Translations under genes and position numbers: made by a program | In this document: piece by piece, positions 37,672 to 50,755 of the stretch | Numbering within the stretch: the first letter of the stretch is position 1 | Layout of the letters: each line of letters begins with the position of its first letter | Source: Octopus sinensis | Lineage: Eukaryota | Direction: 5' to 3' | Length of the DNA: 64,000 bases | Assembly: GCF_006345805.1 (NCBI RefSeq) | Contig: NC_042998.1 | Coordinates: forward strand, 32,612,001-32,676,000 | The notes under the pieces: generated by a model | The model's database searches: none | Told to the model about the DNA's origin: nothing | The model's input: the letters and a program-made list of their open reading frames with translations, nothing else

Positions 37672-37846
37672 CCATGGCAGGTTCAGCAGTTTCATGAAAT
37701 CCAGCATGGCATCTACATTGAGAAATGAACGTGTCTTGCAAAGCTCTCCCTGGGGCTCTATTTCCATGATTCATAAGGATAGCCATTGTTATATCAAGCC
37801 TTCTCAAAGCATGTCCGGTCAGAATTAATCTTTGGCACATAGAATG
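37672..37846 (-). CDS. Possible exon, phase 0 to phase 1
   Basis: Donor gtaaga, acceptor gatttctgatag, open frame ...QDTFISQCRCHAGFHETAEPAM; could instead be a decayed retroelement. Confidence 0.2.
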
Positions 37847-38039
37847 CTATCAGAAATCAAAATCTGCACACGTTTTTGGGTGTTGAAGACTGAGAAGAAT
37901 GCTCCGTTCTAGAATCAGAAATGGAACGCATAAAAGAGAATATTCAGCCTGGATACAAGATTCAGAAATGTATACAAGAAATGTCCATACGACTTTCTAT
38001 ACTGCAAAGAAATCAAAACTTTCTCATTGAAATTCTTAT

Positions 38040-38556
38040 TTTTTAAGCAACATCCGAATGTAGCCGATGCCAGCGCCACCTTGACTGGCTTCTTTGCTGG
38101 TGGCAGATGACCTGCCGTACATCAACGTCAAAATAAATATCAAATGGAAATTGTAGTTGTGATACCTGTGCCAGTGGCACGTAAAAAGCACCATCCAAAC
38201 GTGGTCAAGGCCAGCGGCACCTCGACTGGTTTCTGTGCTAGTGGCACGTAAAAAGCACCATCCGAACGTGGCCAAGCCCAGTGGCGCCTTGACTGGTTTC
38301 TGTGCCAGTGGCACGTAAAAAGCACCAACCAATCATGACCGTTGCCAGCTTCCCCTGGCACCTGTGCCGGTGGCACGTGAAAAGCACCCACTACACTCAC
38401 GGAGTGGTTGGCGTTAGGAAGGGCATCCAGGTATAGAAACACTGCCAGATCAGACTGGAGCCTGGTGCAGCCTCCTGGCCTCCCAGACCCCGGTTGAACC
38501 GTCCAACCCATGCTAGCACGGAAAACGGATGTTAAACGATGATGATGATGATGATG
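38040..38556 (+). mobile_element. RTE 3' UTR copy
   Basis: Internal tandem units and (GAT)n tail. Confidence 0.85.
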
Positions 38557-39016
38557 TTGTTGTTGTTTTGTGAAAAAAAAAGAAAATAGAAATACAAAGG
38601 AAAATACTGTAAAAGAATACATTATTGATTAAATAATGTTTTTTGTGCAAAATATTGGATGAACTTTACAAAGACGATTTTAGAATTTCTATCATTTAGT
38701 TTGGCAGGTAACTAAAATTTATCTACTGTCTTTCCTTTTGGTATATAGAAGGTGAGTACTTGTATTAAAGTTCATATAGAAATGAATAATAAATTTATTT
38801 CCAGTAGATTTCTATTGCTAATTTGTTTTAAAACTAATTATATTTCATAATGAACTTCCTAAGTCTTAAAAATCATAAATATACACCAATACAGAAAAAG
38901 ACAGTAAACAGAAGTAGATTGGAATAGAAATAGTAAAAAAAAAAAGATACTATAAATGACTTGTTCCATTGTCCTCAATTAAAAATATATGTAATTAAAT
39001 TGGTTTATAATAATGC

Positions 39017-39498
39017 AGTTCTATATTTGAGAGATGAGGAATTATTTACATTTGACAGATATTTGTCCTCATCCTGTTTGTTGTTAACACGTTAACACGT
39101 TTCGGCTGATATACCCTCCAGCCTTCATCAGGTGTCTTGGGGGAATTTTGAACCTGGGTTCTCATTCCTAAGGTATTTTTCGATATTATTATTATTATTA
39201 TTATTATTTATTATTATTACTACCTAATGCCAACCACTCCGCGAGTGTAGTGGGTGGCACGTAAAAAGCACCCACTACACTCTAAAAAGGCTATAGTAGA
39301 AGACACTTGCCCAAGGTGCCACACAGTGGGACTGAACCCGGAACCATGTGGTTGGTAGGCAAGCTACTTACCACAGCCATTTCTACGCCTATTTGAAAAA
39401 TAATTATGAGAACTCAGGTTTGAAATTTCCCCAAGACACCTGATGAAGGCTAGAGAGTATATCAGCCGAAACAACAAATATCCGTCAAATGTAAATAA
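39017..39498. mobile_element. Head-to-head HH-family pair (- 39017-39185, + 39408-39498) around (ATT)n and RTE/SINE fragments
   Basis: Both copies keep CTGATGA..GAAAC but have altered sequence after GAAAC. Confidence 0.8.
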
Positions 39499-40152
39499 TA
39501 TAGTTTATAATACATTAATATTTCCATACGATTAAAACAAAGTTGTAAGCCACATTATAAATCGTTATCACATAAATATTTAATACAGTTTCTTCTAATT
39601 ATGTCTGGTTGAATTGGTTACTGAGTAATCTTGAATGACTCTGGCAATGTAATTCTACTGAACAACCGTTTGATTACTGTCTCAGAATAAACTAATGCAA
39701 ATCTTATCAAGATTTATCCATGAAATTTGTCGATTCAGCACCAGAATTTTGGAAAAAGAAAATGTATCATGAGAAATAAATAAATAAATAAAAACAAGAA
39801 AATTAGTATTACATTTCTTATAGCTGTGAAATTAATGGAAACACTGTTAGAACGATTCTACGTTTAGAAAACAATTTTGAAAGAAAGTGAATGTAGCAAG
39901 ATCTAAACATTAGCAACTATTTTTTTTTCTACAGCAGAATATAAAATCATTAAAAAAAAATGGTAAAAAAAACAAAAAAGAACAGAGTAAACAGAAAAGT
40001 CAGCTTATTATTACTTATTATTATTATTTTTTTTTACTGCAAATTAGACAAGAACAAATTAAAAAACATCTTCAGAAAGCATTAATGATCACTTTGATTT
40101 TGGTTGTCTGACTGGTGAAAGCTGATTTCAATCCTCTTGTGGTTAGAAAGCT

Positions 40153-40533
40153 ACTAGCAGTATCGCCCGGTGTTGCTCAGGTTTGTTTCGACCCTTTAGA
40201 ATCGGAATTTTTTGAAAAGTAAAACTTTTGCATTATGTAGCTTGTCATTCTCTTTATGTGAACATTTTTCTGGTTGAAATGCACCGAAAAATGGCGACAC
40301 AGCAGTAAAAAAATCGTAAAAAATAGGGATTTTCATAGGAAAATTTTTGATGTAAATAATTTTTGGTGTTAACATGGTCCGATTTGAATTTTTTTTCTTT
40401 TACAGAAGGAAGAGCAAGCCTTCTTCTATCATTTTGGTCAACTTGCGCCGCAAGGTCTTGGAGGAGATAGTGTTAGTTGAAGGCTACCAAACCTGCCATA
40501 CACAGACAGCTTCAGCTTTATATATGGAGAGAT
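40153..40533 (+). mobile_element. Lep1-like non-autonomous Helitron
   Basis: 5' actagcagtatcgcccggtgttgctc; 3' acagac...ctttatatat..agat. Confidence 0.55.
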
Positions 40534-40561
40534 TTTGTTACTTTTGAGGGAGTTACTTCTC

Positions 40562-40740
40562 TTAACCCTTTCGTTACTGAATTTATTTTGAGATGATCTG
40601 TGTTTCTTTTAATTACTTCAAATATAACAAAGAATTTAGTAAAATAACTTAGTTATCAGTTCTATATTTAAGAGATGAGGAATTATGTACATTATTTACA
40701 TTTGATGGATATTTGTCCTCATCTTGTTTGTTGTTAACAA
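40562..40740. mobile_element. Truncated piggyBac-like MITE joined to an HH-family tail (-)
   Basis: ttaaccctttcgttac start matches the 32576 family; 40658-40740 is HH tail. Confidence 0.7.
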
Positions 40741-40999
40741 GATGCCCATTGGCATATGGCATAGTGGTTAAGAGCAAGTAGAAGATACTTGCCCAAGATA
40801 CCACACAGTGGAACTGAACCTGGAACCATGTGGTTGGTAAGCAAGTTACTTACCACACAGCCACTCCTGTGCATTTATTACTTGGTATCAAAAGCGTCAT
40901 CACACTGACTGCAACCTGGTCACTAACACAGCTTCAGGGCAATGAAAATTTTAACAGCAAATGATAAGATGGTGGGTGATGAAGCTAGCAGTTTTTCTA

Positions 41000-41420
41000 T
41001 TTTTTGAACGGCTAAAATGAGTCTTCCATACTGTAATTGCTAGTTATCAAAGAAGCTTGGGAGACGGTTGGATGGAACTTACACTCGCCTCCTTATGAGA
41101 GCTCAAAATTTCTCGTGGAAGCATCATCCAACCAAAGTACAAATATATGGGAAATTACCACCTGTATCATCTCTTGTGAAAGGTAGAAGAGTCCAGTTTG
41201 CTGGACATTGTTGAAAACGAGGTAATTTCTACTCTTCTCCTCTGTAAGCCATCTGCTCGCGATACCAGAGCGTGCACACTCTCCTACCTTGATGTAATCT
41301 CCAGGGATACAGGCATCCAGCAACAGGACCTCCGTAATGCTATAATGGACCGTGAGGTCTGGCGTAACATAGTAAATTCCATTGTCTCGACTATGGTCAA
41401 ACAATGATGATGATGATGAT
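41000..41420 (+). mobile_element. LINE RT C-terminal fragment (RTE-like, second subfamily) with (GAT)n tail
   Basis: RRLDGTYTRLLMRAQNFSWKHHPT...RRVQFAGHC. Confidence 0.7.
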
Positions 41421-41679
41421 AATTTCTATAGAAAGTCCATAGAGATAACCTTGACAAGTAATTGCATTTGTTTCGACACACAATCTCAAGTCAGAATCAC
41501 TTGCCAAACGAGTACATCTCAAAATCGAGATAATGCAAACTTCATCAAAAGTCTCAGGTTGAAGAAAATTTAAATGGCTGTGGTGCCATTTCAGTCACTG
41601 GACACATTTTTGTTCAGCCTGTCCAGTGAGGAAGCTGTTCAGTTGTTACTCAAGCTACGAGAAAATGTAGTCAACTTAG

Positions 41680-42050
41680 GAGTGACTGTGTGGTAAGTAG
41701 CTTGCTTACGAACTACATGGTTCCGGGTTCAGTCCCATTGCATGGCACCTTGGGCAAGTGGCTTCTCCTATAGCCTCGGGCCAACTAAGCCTTGTGAGTG
41801 GATTTAGTAGACGGAAACTGAAAGAAGCCCGTTGTAGGTATATGTATGTATGTGTGTGTATATGTCTGTGTATCTGTGTTTGTCCCCACAACATCGCTTG
41901 ACAACCAATGGTGGCGTGTTTACATCCCTGTCACTTAGCGGTTCGGCAAGACAGACTGATAGAATAAGTACTAGGCTTACAAAGAATAAGTCCTGGGGTC
42001 GTTTTGCTTGACTAAAGGCAGTGCTCCAGCATGGCTGCAGTCAAATGACT
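41680..42050 (+). mobile_element. SINE family B
   Basis: Family B motifs. Confidence 0.88.
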
Positions 42051-42963
42051 GACTCAAATATAAGAATATATATATTGTTATAATGGGGCCCCTTGTGTAT
42101 ATATTCATGTGTGTGTTCTCAATGGTCTGTGTAGAAGATGCTTGCCCAAGATACCACACAGTGAAACTGAACCTGGAACCGTGTGGTTGGTAAGCAAGTT
42201 ACTTACCACACAGCCACTCCTGTGCATTTATTACTTGGTATCAAAAGCGTCATCATACTGACTGCAACCTGGTCACTAACACAGCTTCAGGGCACCGTTT
42301 GATAACTGGTTCAGGTGTGTTTACATCCCCATTACTTAACGGTTTGGCAAAATGGACTGATAAAGTGTCACACTTGAAAAAAAAAATGTCCTGGGACACT
42401 AAGTTCCAGGTTTGACTTATTTGACTAACAATTCTTCAAGTCATTGCCCTAGTATGGCCACAGTCTAAATGACTGAAACAAGTAAAAGATAAGAAGTACT
42501 GAAATTTCTTGAATTTCTTTTTGCTTTTTTTTTTTTCATAGAACCTTCTTCCTGCTAAAATACAAAAAAATTAAACCAATAACACACAAAATAACAATTG
42601 GTTCACAATCTATGATCTCAAAATCTTTTCTTTTAAGCATTTGAGAAGCTAAACAATGACAGGTTATAACTTTTCACTCTTGGTATAAAGTGATTTCTGA
42701 ATACAGTAACCATGGTAACTGGCAAAGACAGGAAATGAGAAATGTGAATGTTCCTATTGTAATTCGGTGATATCATATTACTAATATGGAAACTTCCTTT
42801 GATATAACAAAACCATCTCCAGCTCTAGTCTAAATATGTCGTTAGGTCTTCAACAAATTATAGTCATTCATGCCAAAGGTCTCTATTGCTGAGGCCCAAA
42901 CTGAAAAAAATAGCAGTCAATCTTCCTCAAATTTCAATTCTATATTTGAGAGATGAGGAATTA

Positions 42964-43188
42964 CAGGTGTTGTACAAAATAATGGAAACACCTTAAGATT
43001 TCAAATAAATTTATTTTGATATAGGCACAGGAGCAGCTGTGTGGTAAGTAGCTTGATTACCAGCCACATGGTTCCGAGTTCAGTCCCACTGTGTGGCACC
43101 TTGGCCAAGTGTCTTCTACTATAGCCTCAGGCTGACCAAAGCCGTGTAAGTGGATTTGGTAGATGGAAAATGAAAGAAGCCCATCGTG

Positions 43189-43239
<51 letters not shown>

Positions 43240-43835
43240 ATGTTTGTGTGCCTGTGTTTGTCCCCTCAACATTGCTTGACAACCGATGGTGGTGCGTTTA
43301 CATCCCTGTAACTTAGCGGTTTGGCAAAAGACTCCGATCGAATAAGTACTAGGCTTACAAAGAATAAGTCCTGGGGTCAATTTGCTCGACTAAAGGCAGT
43401 GCTCCAGCATGGCCACAGTCAAATAACTGAAACAAGTAAAAGAGTAATACGGGGTAGGACTGCCTTTGGCAGTAATTACAGCTTGAATTCTACAAGGTAT
43501 GGACTCATACAAAGTTTGAATTGTTTCCAAAGGAATTTTGTCCATTCTTCAGCTAAAACATTGTCCAGTTCTTGTAGTGATGATGGTGGAGGATATCAAC
43601 TCCTTACTTGTTTTTCTAAAATGCGCCATAGATGTTCAATAATATTGAGATCTGGGGACTGTGGTAGCCAGATAAGATGTTCAACTTCACTAGAATGTTT
43701 CTCGTGCCATTCAGTAACAATTTTAGCTGTGTGAATTGGTGCATTATCATACTGAAAGATTGCTTTACCGTCAGTTCTACTACCACAGAATGAATTTGAT
43801 CAGCTAAAATGCTTAAACAGTCTTGACTGTTAATT
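42964..43835 (-). mobile_element. Tc1/mariner 3' fragment interrupted by SINE B (+, 43029-43445)
   Basis: Minus strand FQYDNAPIHTAK..WLPQSPDLNIIEHLW..IQAVITAKG; TA-CAGGTGTTGTACAAAATAATGGAAACACC terminus. Confidence 0.85.
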
Positions 43836-43892
43836 CTGCCATGAAGGGAAGCCATTGGCCCTGTGGATTTCCAAGATATAGTCCCCCCATCC

Positions 43893-43999
43893 CTGATTTA
43901 CCCTCCAGTATTCATGAGGTGCCCTGGGGAAATTTCGAACCTGGGTTCTCATTCCTGAGGTATTTTCCCGATGTTATTATTATTATTATTATTATTATA

Positions 44000-44051
<52 letters not shown>

Positions 44052-44290
44052 TCACTGTTTGGAATCGAACTCGGAATCTTGGTGTTAGTAGCTTGCACTC
44101 TTAACCTCTACGACATATGCCCACGGAGTGAATTTTAGAGCTTATAAATCTAATATTTTCCTATCCTTCCTTAATAATGGTTCTGATATGCTACTCATAT
44201 CTGATGATGGTTAGAGGGTATATCAGCCGAAACATTGTGTTAACAACAAACAAGATGAGGACAAATATCCGTCAAATGTAAATAATGTAA
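43893..44290. mobile_element. tRNA-like head (-, 44048-44122), (AAT)n, degenerate HH segment (-, 43893-43975), with an inverted HH copy (+, 44200-44290)
   Basis: B-box gagttcgattcc; HH-family sequence. Confidence 0.7.
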
Positions 44291-44796
44291 AAGTGTTCCT
44301 TGAATTTATTTGAGCTTTTAAAAGTTGAAAGTGTTGTGATCACGTTTCTAATCCATCATTCACTGCAGTCCTGTATTTCTTGTCTTTATTCACTGCTGTA
44401 GCACTTCCTTCCACAGCATATAAATTTCCAAACTAACTCAAGTTGGCCTGTTCTTAAGATCAAATAAATCCTTCATACAAGGCAATGCTTTAAGGATATC
44501 ATGAAAGGCCCTGGCTGGAGGCCCAACCTTCTGAGTTCTTTTACAGGGCTTAGAAAAACTCAAGGAGTGCTGCAATAAGTGTGTGAATCTGAGAGGGAAT
44601 ATGTTGAATAAAATCATTATCAAATGATCCTCCTGTATTGTTTTTTACCTAAAACCAGGAACCTTTCAGCAGCCCTGCATATGCTGCATCATCAATGTCT
44701 TGATACAACAAGAAGCATAGAAAAATATGTAATACAAAAACTGTATCCTGACACATAAAATTATTCTGAAAGGCCTAAAATTTGGGATTGTTTTCA

Positions 44797-45063
44797 TCAT
44801 CATCATCATCGTTTAATGTCCGTTTTCCATGCTAGCATGGGTTGGACTTTGACCGGGGTCTGGGAAGCCAGAAGGCTGCACCAGGCTCCAGTCTGATCTG
44901 GCAGTGTTTCTACAGCTGGATGCCCTTCCTAATGCCAACCACTCCGTGAGTGTAGCGGGTGCTTTTTACGTGTCACTGGCACAGTGGCCAGGGGAGGCTG
45001 GCAGTGACCATGATCGGTTGGTGCTTTTTACGTGCCACTGGTACAGAAGCCAGTCAAGGCAAC
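44797..45063 (-). mobile_element. RTE 3' UTR copy
   Basis: Similarity to the LINE 3' end. Confidence 0.85.
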
Positions 45064-46509
45064 ACTAAAAGTACTGCTTGAAGCTTAGAAAGGCCTAGAT
45101 TGTTTCTGTGAAAGGGTATTGCAAATACATATTCCTGCCATTGGCTATGAATATTCTCTATAGAAAACGATTCTCACCTGATAAGCTAAACTACACTATT
45201 GATATGATGTGATCTAGAACCATTTCTCTTAAAAGAATTAAGGTAACTCCTTTGATTTCATAATTGCTGCACAAAGGAAGAAAGCGGCAATTGATATTAT
45301 GCCAGTGAAAACTGGAATTCTGGAAGTCATGTTAATGAATAATGGGATCACCTTCATATATTCTCAGATATTTTTCAGTTCTTGGAGATGTATTCCTTAT
45401 ATACTTCTATTTCTTTACACATGTGCAAGCATACGAACACATACATAAACATATTCACATAAAAATCTTCCAAGAAATCAATAAAGTTAGCCAAATCTGT
45501 CTGAAGAATGCTTATTGTTCTCAAGAAAAACATGGTAAAGTATGATGAAGTAATGGGTATGTTCTTTCTTTTTTTTTTTTTTTTTTGTTCCTCTTCTAAA
45601 CATTCAAAACGTACATAACATCAAAGTTCTGCTAATCAAGAAGATTAAAAGAACTATTGATTTCTGAGGTTATAATTGTACAATCTGAAGACATGGAAAG
45701 AATTCCATTATAGAAACTATTAAAAGTGGATCCACATTGAAAAAGTAAAAAAAAAAAAAAAGGAAAAAAAAGAAAGAAAGAGCAAATAATGTTGTCATAT
45801 ACCTGGGCTTACTAATGTCCTTGCAATGGAAAACTAAATCCCTATTTCAGAATTTCATTTTCTTTATTCAGAACTTCAAAGAGATGAGAAATGAAGATGG
45901 AATCCTGATGAAACAACTCAATTAATGGAAAAGAAATTCTGAATTATGTTTGGAATAAATATTTTTATTAAAAAAAACAAAAACATAAATGAATGTCTCT
46001 TTTTTTTAACAAATTTTTTTTCATAGAATATTTTTATTATTACGATAGGATCAGAGATGTGTACATAGAGTGTGTGTGTATGTGTGTTGCATTGCAATGT
46101 AATGTGTGACATATGTTGAATAAATAAATAAAGTAAATACAAAACAAGAATAAACGGCAGAGAATGCTAATTAAAGCTTATGAAGGAAACTGCAGAGAAA
46201 TTCCACATGAAAGAAGGCTGATTTGCAAGAATTTTGAAATTGGTTTGGAAAAGGAAATTTTAATTTTCTATGGTGAAAAATAATCATTTCGAAAAAGTCT
46301 ATGAAATGAGAATGATGAACCAAGACATCCCTGGGGGAGTGTACACAATTACTTATTGTTCAGATTCTTCAGTTGCAGAAATTATCAACACAAGGAATAT
46401 ATCTTTTCTCACTGGATATAGAATTTGTATTCTTAGAAGAGAAGAATGGGATGGTTAATATATATATATATATATATTTCAAGAAGCTTGCAAAACGAAT
46501 ATATAAACA

Positions 46510-46551
<42 letters not shown>

Positions 46552-46954
46552 TAAAAGACATTAGCAACACAAAATGAAGATGTTTGAACCAATAATTGGA
46601 ATCAGATCTCAGATTTCTGCAAGTTATTTCTTGCTTTAATGCATTCCTTAATGACAACAGAAATATTACATTATTATGAAATAATATTATGATTTGCTTT
46701 AGGCTTTACAGGCTAACCTGGGTTTCCAAGGCATTAGGTTAACAGAATGAATTACAGCCAATCATACTGTAAACCATATTGTCATTTTCGGTAACATCAA
46801 TTAAAATGTCTTCGACAAGGACACAATTAACTAGCTGATCCAAGAATCAACTGAAAAATTGCGTGTCCAACATTCCAACATCTTTGGTCATCTGCCTTTA
46901 TATTTCTATGTGTATGTAGAGTGTATATGTATGTATAATTGTAAATGAAGGTAT

Positions 46955-47219
46955 AATAAAAAAAAGATAAATGCGCCCTTTTAAAGCCTAGCCAGGCTCA
47001 TGGGCACGGTTTCCCGGTATCAATGGTGCGTGCATCCCCCAGCTGGATGGGATGCCAGTCCATCACAGTGTTACTTATTTTTGCCTGCTGAGTGAACTGG
47101 AGCAACGTGAAATGAAGTGTTTTGCTCAAGAACACATCGCATCGCCCGGTCTAGGAATCGAAACCACAATCTTACGATCATGATGCTGACACCCTAACCA
47201 CTTAGCCACGTGCCTCCAC
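46955..47219 (-). mobile_element. SINE family C with 12-bp TSD
   Basis: TSD aaatgaaggtat at 46943-46954 and 47220-47231; tRNA head. Confidence 0.9.
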
Positions 47220-48147
47220 AAATGAAGGTATGTGTCTGTACAATTATGTGTGCATTCTAGTGTGAAATGGTGATGATCTTTTATGTCATTCTCCCACCAC
47301 CCCAAGTCTGGTGTTTTATCTAACTGTTCTTCCTAGATATGTTTTGGAAGCCTGTCTCCCTCCTGCTCAGCTTAATCGCTGGTCATGACTATAAACTAAT
47401 CAAGATAACAGCTTGAAAAAGAGGATTGCTCTGGTCTCTTTTCACCTAAGAATGTCAGTTTAGTTCCCCACTTTCTTTATAAATTCAGCCATTAAAAAGA
47501 AAAATCACTTATCCATCACATTCGTTGTTGAATAGGTCAATGTCCAGGTTTTTCCTTGCCTCTTTATATCTGTTCAAAATTCTGACTGAGGATGGCGGAT
47601 TCTATGATGTAATTTATGAATTCACCAATACGATGCTACTGAAACAGTTGTAAAAACTGTAGAATAATTACAGAATTTCACTGAAAAGATATGAAACAAG
47701 TTCTGTTAACACAGTTGGGCACCAGTCCACTCAGATCAGATTAGGTTGTTGTTGTTGTTGTTGTTGTTTAGTGTCAGGTCAGCCCAGGTTGAGTAGTCCT
47801 GTGGTCTGCAGGTTATTAGCTGCAAAGCAAAGCATAATACCACAAACTTATCTTTTCAGTTATCCCATATCTTCACCCTAGCTGCAGACCACACACACAC
47901 ACACACACACACACATATTGCCATGGGTGTACTTTGGAGTTTATAGGGAAAATATTGGGAACTCTGTTCAGAGAGGTGTAGAACAAAATGAATTTATTGT
48001 ATTGTTTGTACGTTGCTGTCATTGTTTCTTTCTATGTCATACCAGTAATTGTTCTCCCTACGTTTCTCTGTTTTGCATAAATTCTATTTTTGTTTTGATC
48101 CAGAGGAAGGGGCTCTACCATAGCCACTGAAATATCTTCAAGGCCAG

Positions 48148-48315
48148 TAAGGTAGCAAGCCGGCAGAAACATTAGAACACCGGACAAAATGCTTAGCATT
48201 ATTTTGTCTGTCTTTATGTTCTGAGTTCAAATTCTGCCGAGATCATCTTTACCTTTTATCCTTTCGGGGTTGATAAATTAAATACCAGTTGTGTACTGGG
48301 GATGCTATAATCAAG
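48148..48315 (+). mobile_element. SINE family A (diverged)
   Basis: Family A motifs. Confidence 0.8.
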
Positions 48316-50023
48316 AATGTGAATAAAGATTTTGATAAGGACGGATGCTAGCTCAAAGAATATTTGATGATGGTAATGAAATCAACATTGTTAGAAATGG
48401 CCTTGCTGATTGGATGCTATAGGACTTGCATCCACCCTTACTGTTGTAAGTGTGCATTGTGGAATGGGACAGGATTGAAGGACATTAATATAAGTAGGGG
48501 GTAGGTTGATACAAAGCAGCTGCAAATGTGATGGTTACCATGTAAAGTGATGGTATGTTGTCAACTTAATGTGACAGTCCCATGAAAGGGAAGAATGGTA
48601 CTGTTATTTAACCCTAGGAAACACCGTTTCCAGTTGGCCATAACACATTTTGTGTCCTTATGTTTACAAAGGGGGAGATAAGCGCCTCCACGCAGCAAAG
48701 CCAGCATCCAGAGATTAGTTTCAGAGTCATTGCTCATCATCAGTCTGGAGTAGCATGGCTTGTTAGCTGTCGATGCCTATCTGCCTTTGTAAACATATAT
48801 ATTTCAAGTGAAATACATTCACTGATTTTTTCTGAAAATAGAAATAATACATTTCTAAATCTCTCAGAGAGATTTATACAGTAGCAGCACGATAAAGTGA
48901 TGGTATGTTGTCAACTTAATGTGGCAGTCCCATGAAAGGGAAGAATGCTACTGTTATTTAGCCCTAGGAAACACCGTTTCCAGTTGGTCATGACACATTT
49001 CCTGTGTCTTAATGTTTTCGAAGGGTTTTCTGATGAATGTGTTGCATAAAGAGACATCAGAGTTGAGATGAACAAGGAAGGAATAGTCAACGAAATTGCT
49101 TTGAGATTCTCTTTGCAAAGGAGCAAAAGAACCAAATGCTGGTTGGGAGGTGGAAGAATTTTAGGGCCATTTAATGTATAGAGATATCCTTCACATTTTG
49201 GTGGGTGGTCATCCAGGATTTGGTGTGATCATACGCTGAAAGAGGAGAAAATCTTTCAAAAATATCATAGGAGGATGTTATTTTTAGATCTTTTTGTTAT
49301 CACTGATGGTAACCAGTTCTCTGGTCTAGAGAAAAATAACCCTTTTTTCTATGCTTGTTTCAATATTTTTGGGAAGAAATATATTCACTAATTTGTTTTT
49401 ATCATGCTTAGAGATCAGAGAATTTCTCATATTTGTAGACCGGACACTTATATGAGAAGAATTTCTAATAGCTAATGACAGAAGAATGTATTGCAAATAC
49501 AAAGGATGGAATTCGAAACAACAAAGCCCTTTTTCTCTTTTATTTTTTTTTGTTTGTTTGGCTTCCCAAGTGTTTATTTTGTATTTAGCTGTATATAGGA
49601 TAAGGTTGTGAAATTTCCACTGACACATTTGACATGAAACTAAATTGCATTCTGAAAATTGTGATCTACAGATTCCACTTTCCGCTGCACTCTAAACAAA
49701 TTCAAATACCAAAAGTTATGCATTCAATGAAAGTATATATTAATTTTTGTTTTGATCTCTGAGAATTGCTATAAATCTTTCCACGCTGAGACTGGGTTGC
49801 AAGTTTTAAGTATACATAGGATATGGGAAACGCAAAAGAAAGGTGGATTGTGTTATAAATTTTACAGTCTCTGAAGGAACACTTTTTCTCTCAATATTGT
49901 CTTCTTTAATTATTTATTGATCACTGTTGGTCCAGACATGCTATTTCTTTACTCTGTTGCCTACTGTCTCTAGAAAGTTCTCTCTATTCCATGGAACTAG
50001 ATGGTTTCATTATATATATACCA

Positions 50024-50440
50024 AAGGTGGTGAGCTGGCAGAAGTGTTAGCACGCCGGGCGAAATGCTTAGCGGTATTTTGTCTGCCGCTACGTTCTGAG
50101 TTCAAATTCTGCCAAGGTCGACTTTGCCTTTCATCCTTTCGAGGTCGATTAAATAAGTACCAGTTACGCACTGGGGTCGATATAATCGACTTAATCCGTT
50201 TGTCTGTCCTTGTTTGTCCTCTCTGTGTTTAGCCCCTTGTGGGTAGTAAAGAAATAGGTATTTCGTCTGCCGCTATGTTTTGAGTTCAAATTCCGCCGAG
50301 GTCGACTTTGCCTTTCATCCTTTCAGAGTCGATGAAATAAGTACCAGTTATGCACTGGGGTCGATGTATTCGACTTAATCCCTTTGTCTGTCCTTGCTTG
50401 TCCCCTCTATGTTTAGCTCCCCGTGGGCAATAAAGAAATA
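50024..50440 (+). mobile_element. Composite SINE A (full unit plus head-truncated unit)
   Basis: Junction aaagaaataggtatttcgtctg, as at 3318 and 16704. Confidence 0.88.
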
Positions 50441-50519
50441 ATTATATATATACGCAGAACAAATCAATTTCTTTCTTTCCCTCTCATCGTCCCCTGCAAC
50501 CCTATCTGCTGAGCATCGT

Positions 50520-50755
50520 AACCTTGTGGGCTCATAAGTACTGGTGCCATGTAAAAAGTACCCATACTGGTACTATATAAAAGTGCCTAGTATACTCTGT
50601 AAAGTGGTTGGCATCAGGAAGGGCATCCAGCCATAGAAACCATGTCAGAACAGACATGGAGGCTTAACAGTCCTTCAGCTGGGCAGCTCCTGTCAAACTG
50701 CCCAACCCGTATCAGCATGGAAAACGTATGTTAAATAATGATGACAATGATGCTG
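50520..50755 (+). mobile_element. RTE-3'-related fragment
   Basis: ggaagggcatccagc...gcatggaaaacg...(GAT)n. Confidence 0.7.

Noticed and set aside
49000-49235. Minus-strand exon after the strong acceptor at 49236
   Set aside because: All frames hit a stop soon after the acceptor, no convincing donor was found, and the downstream open frame runs into a duplicated segment
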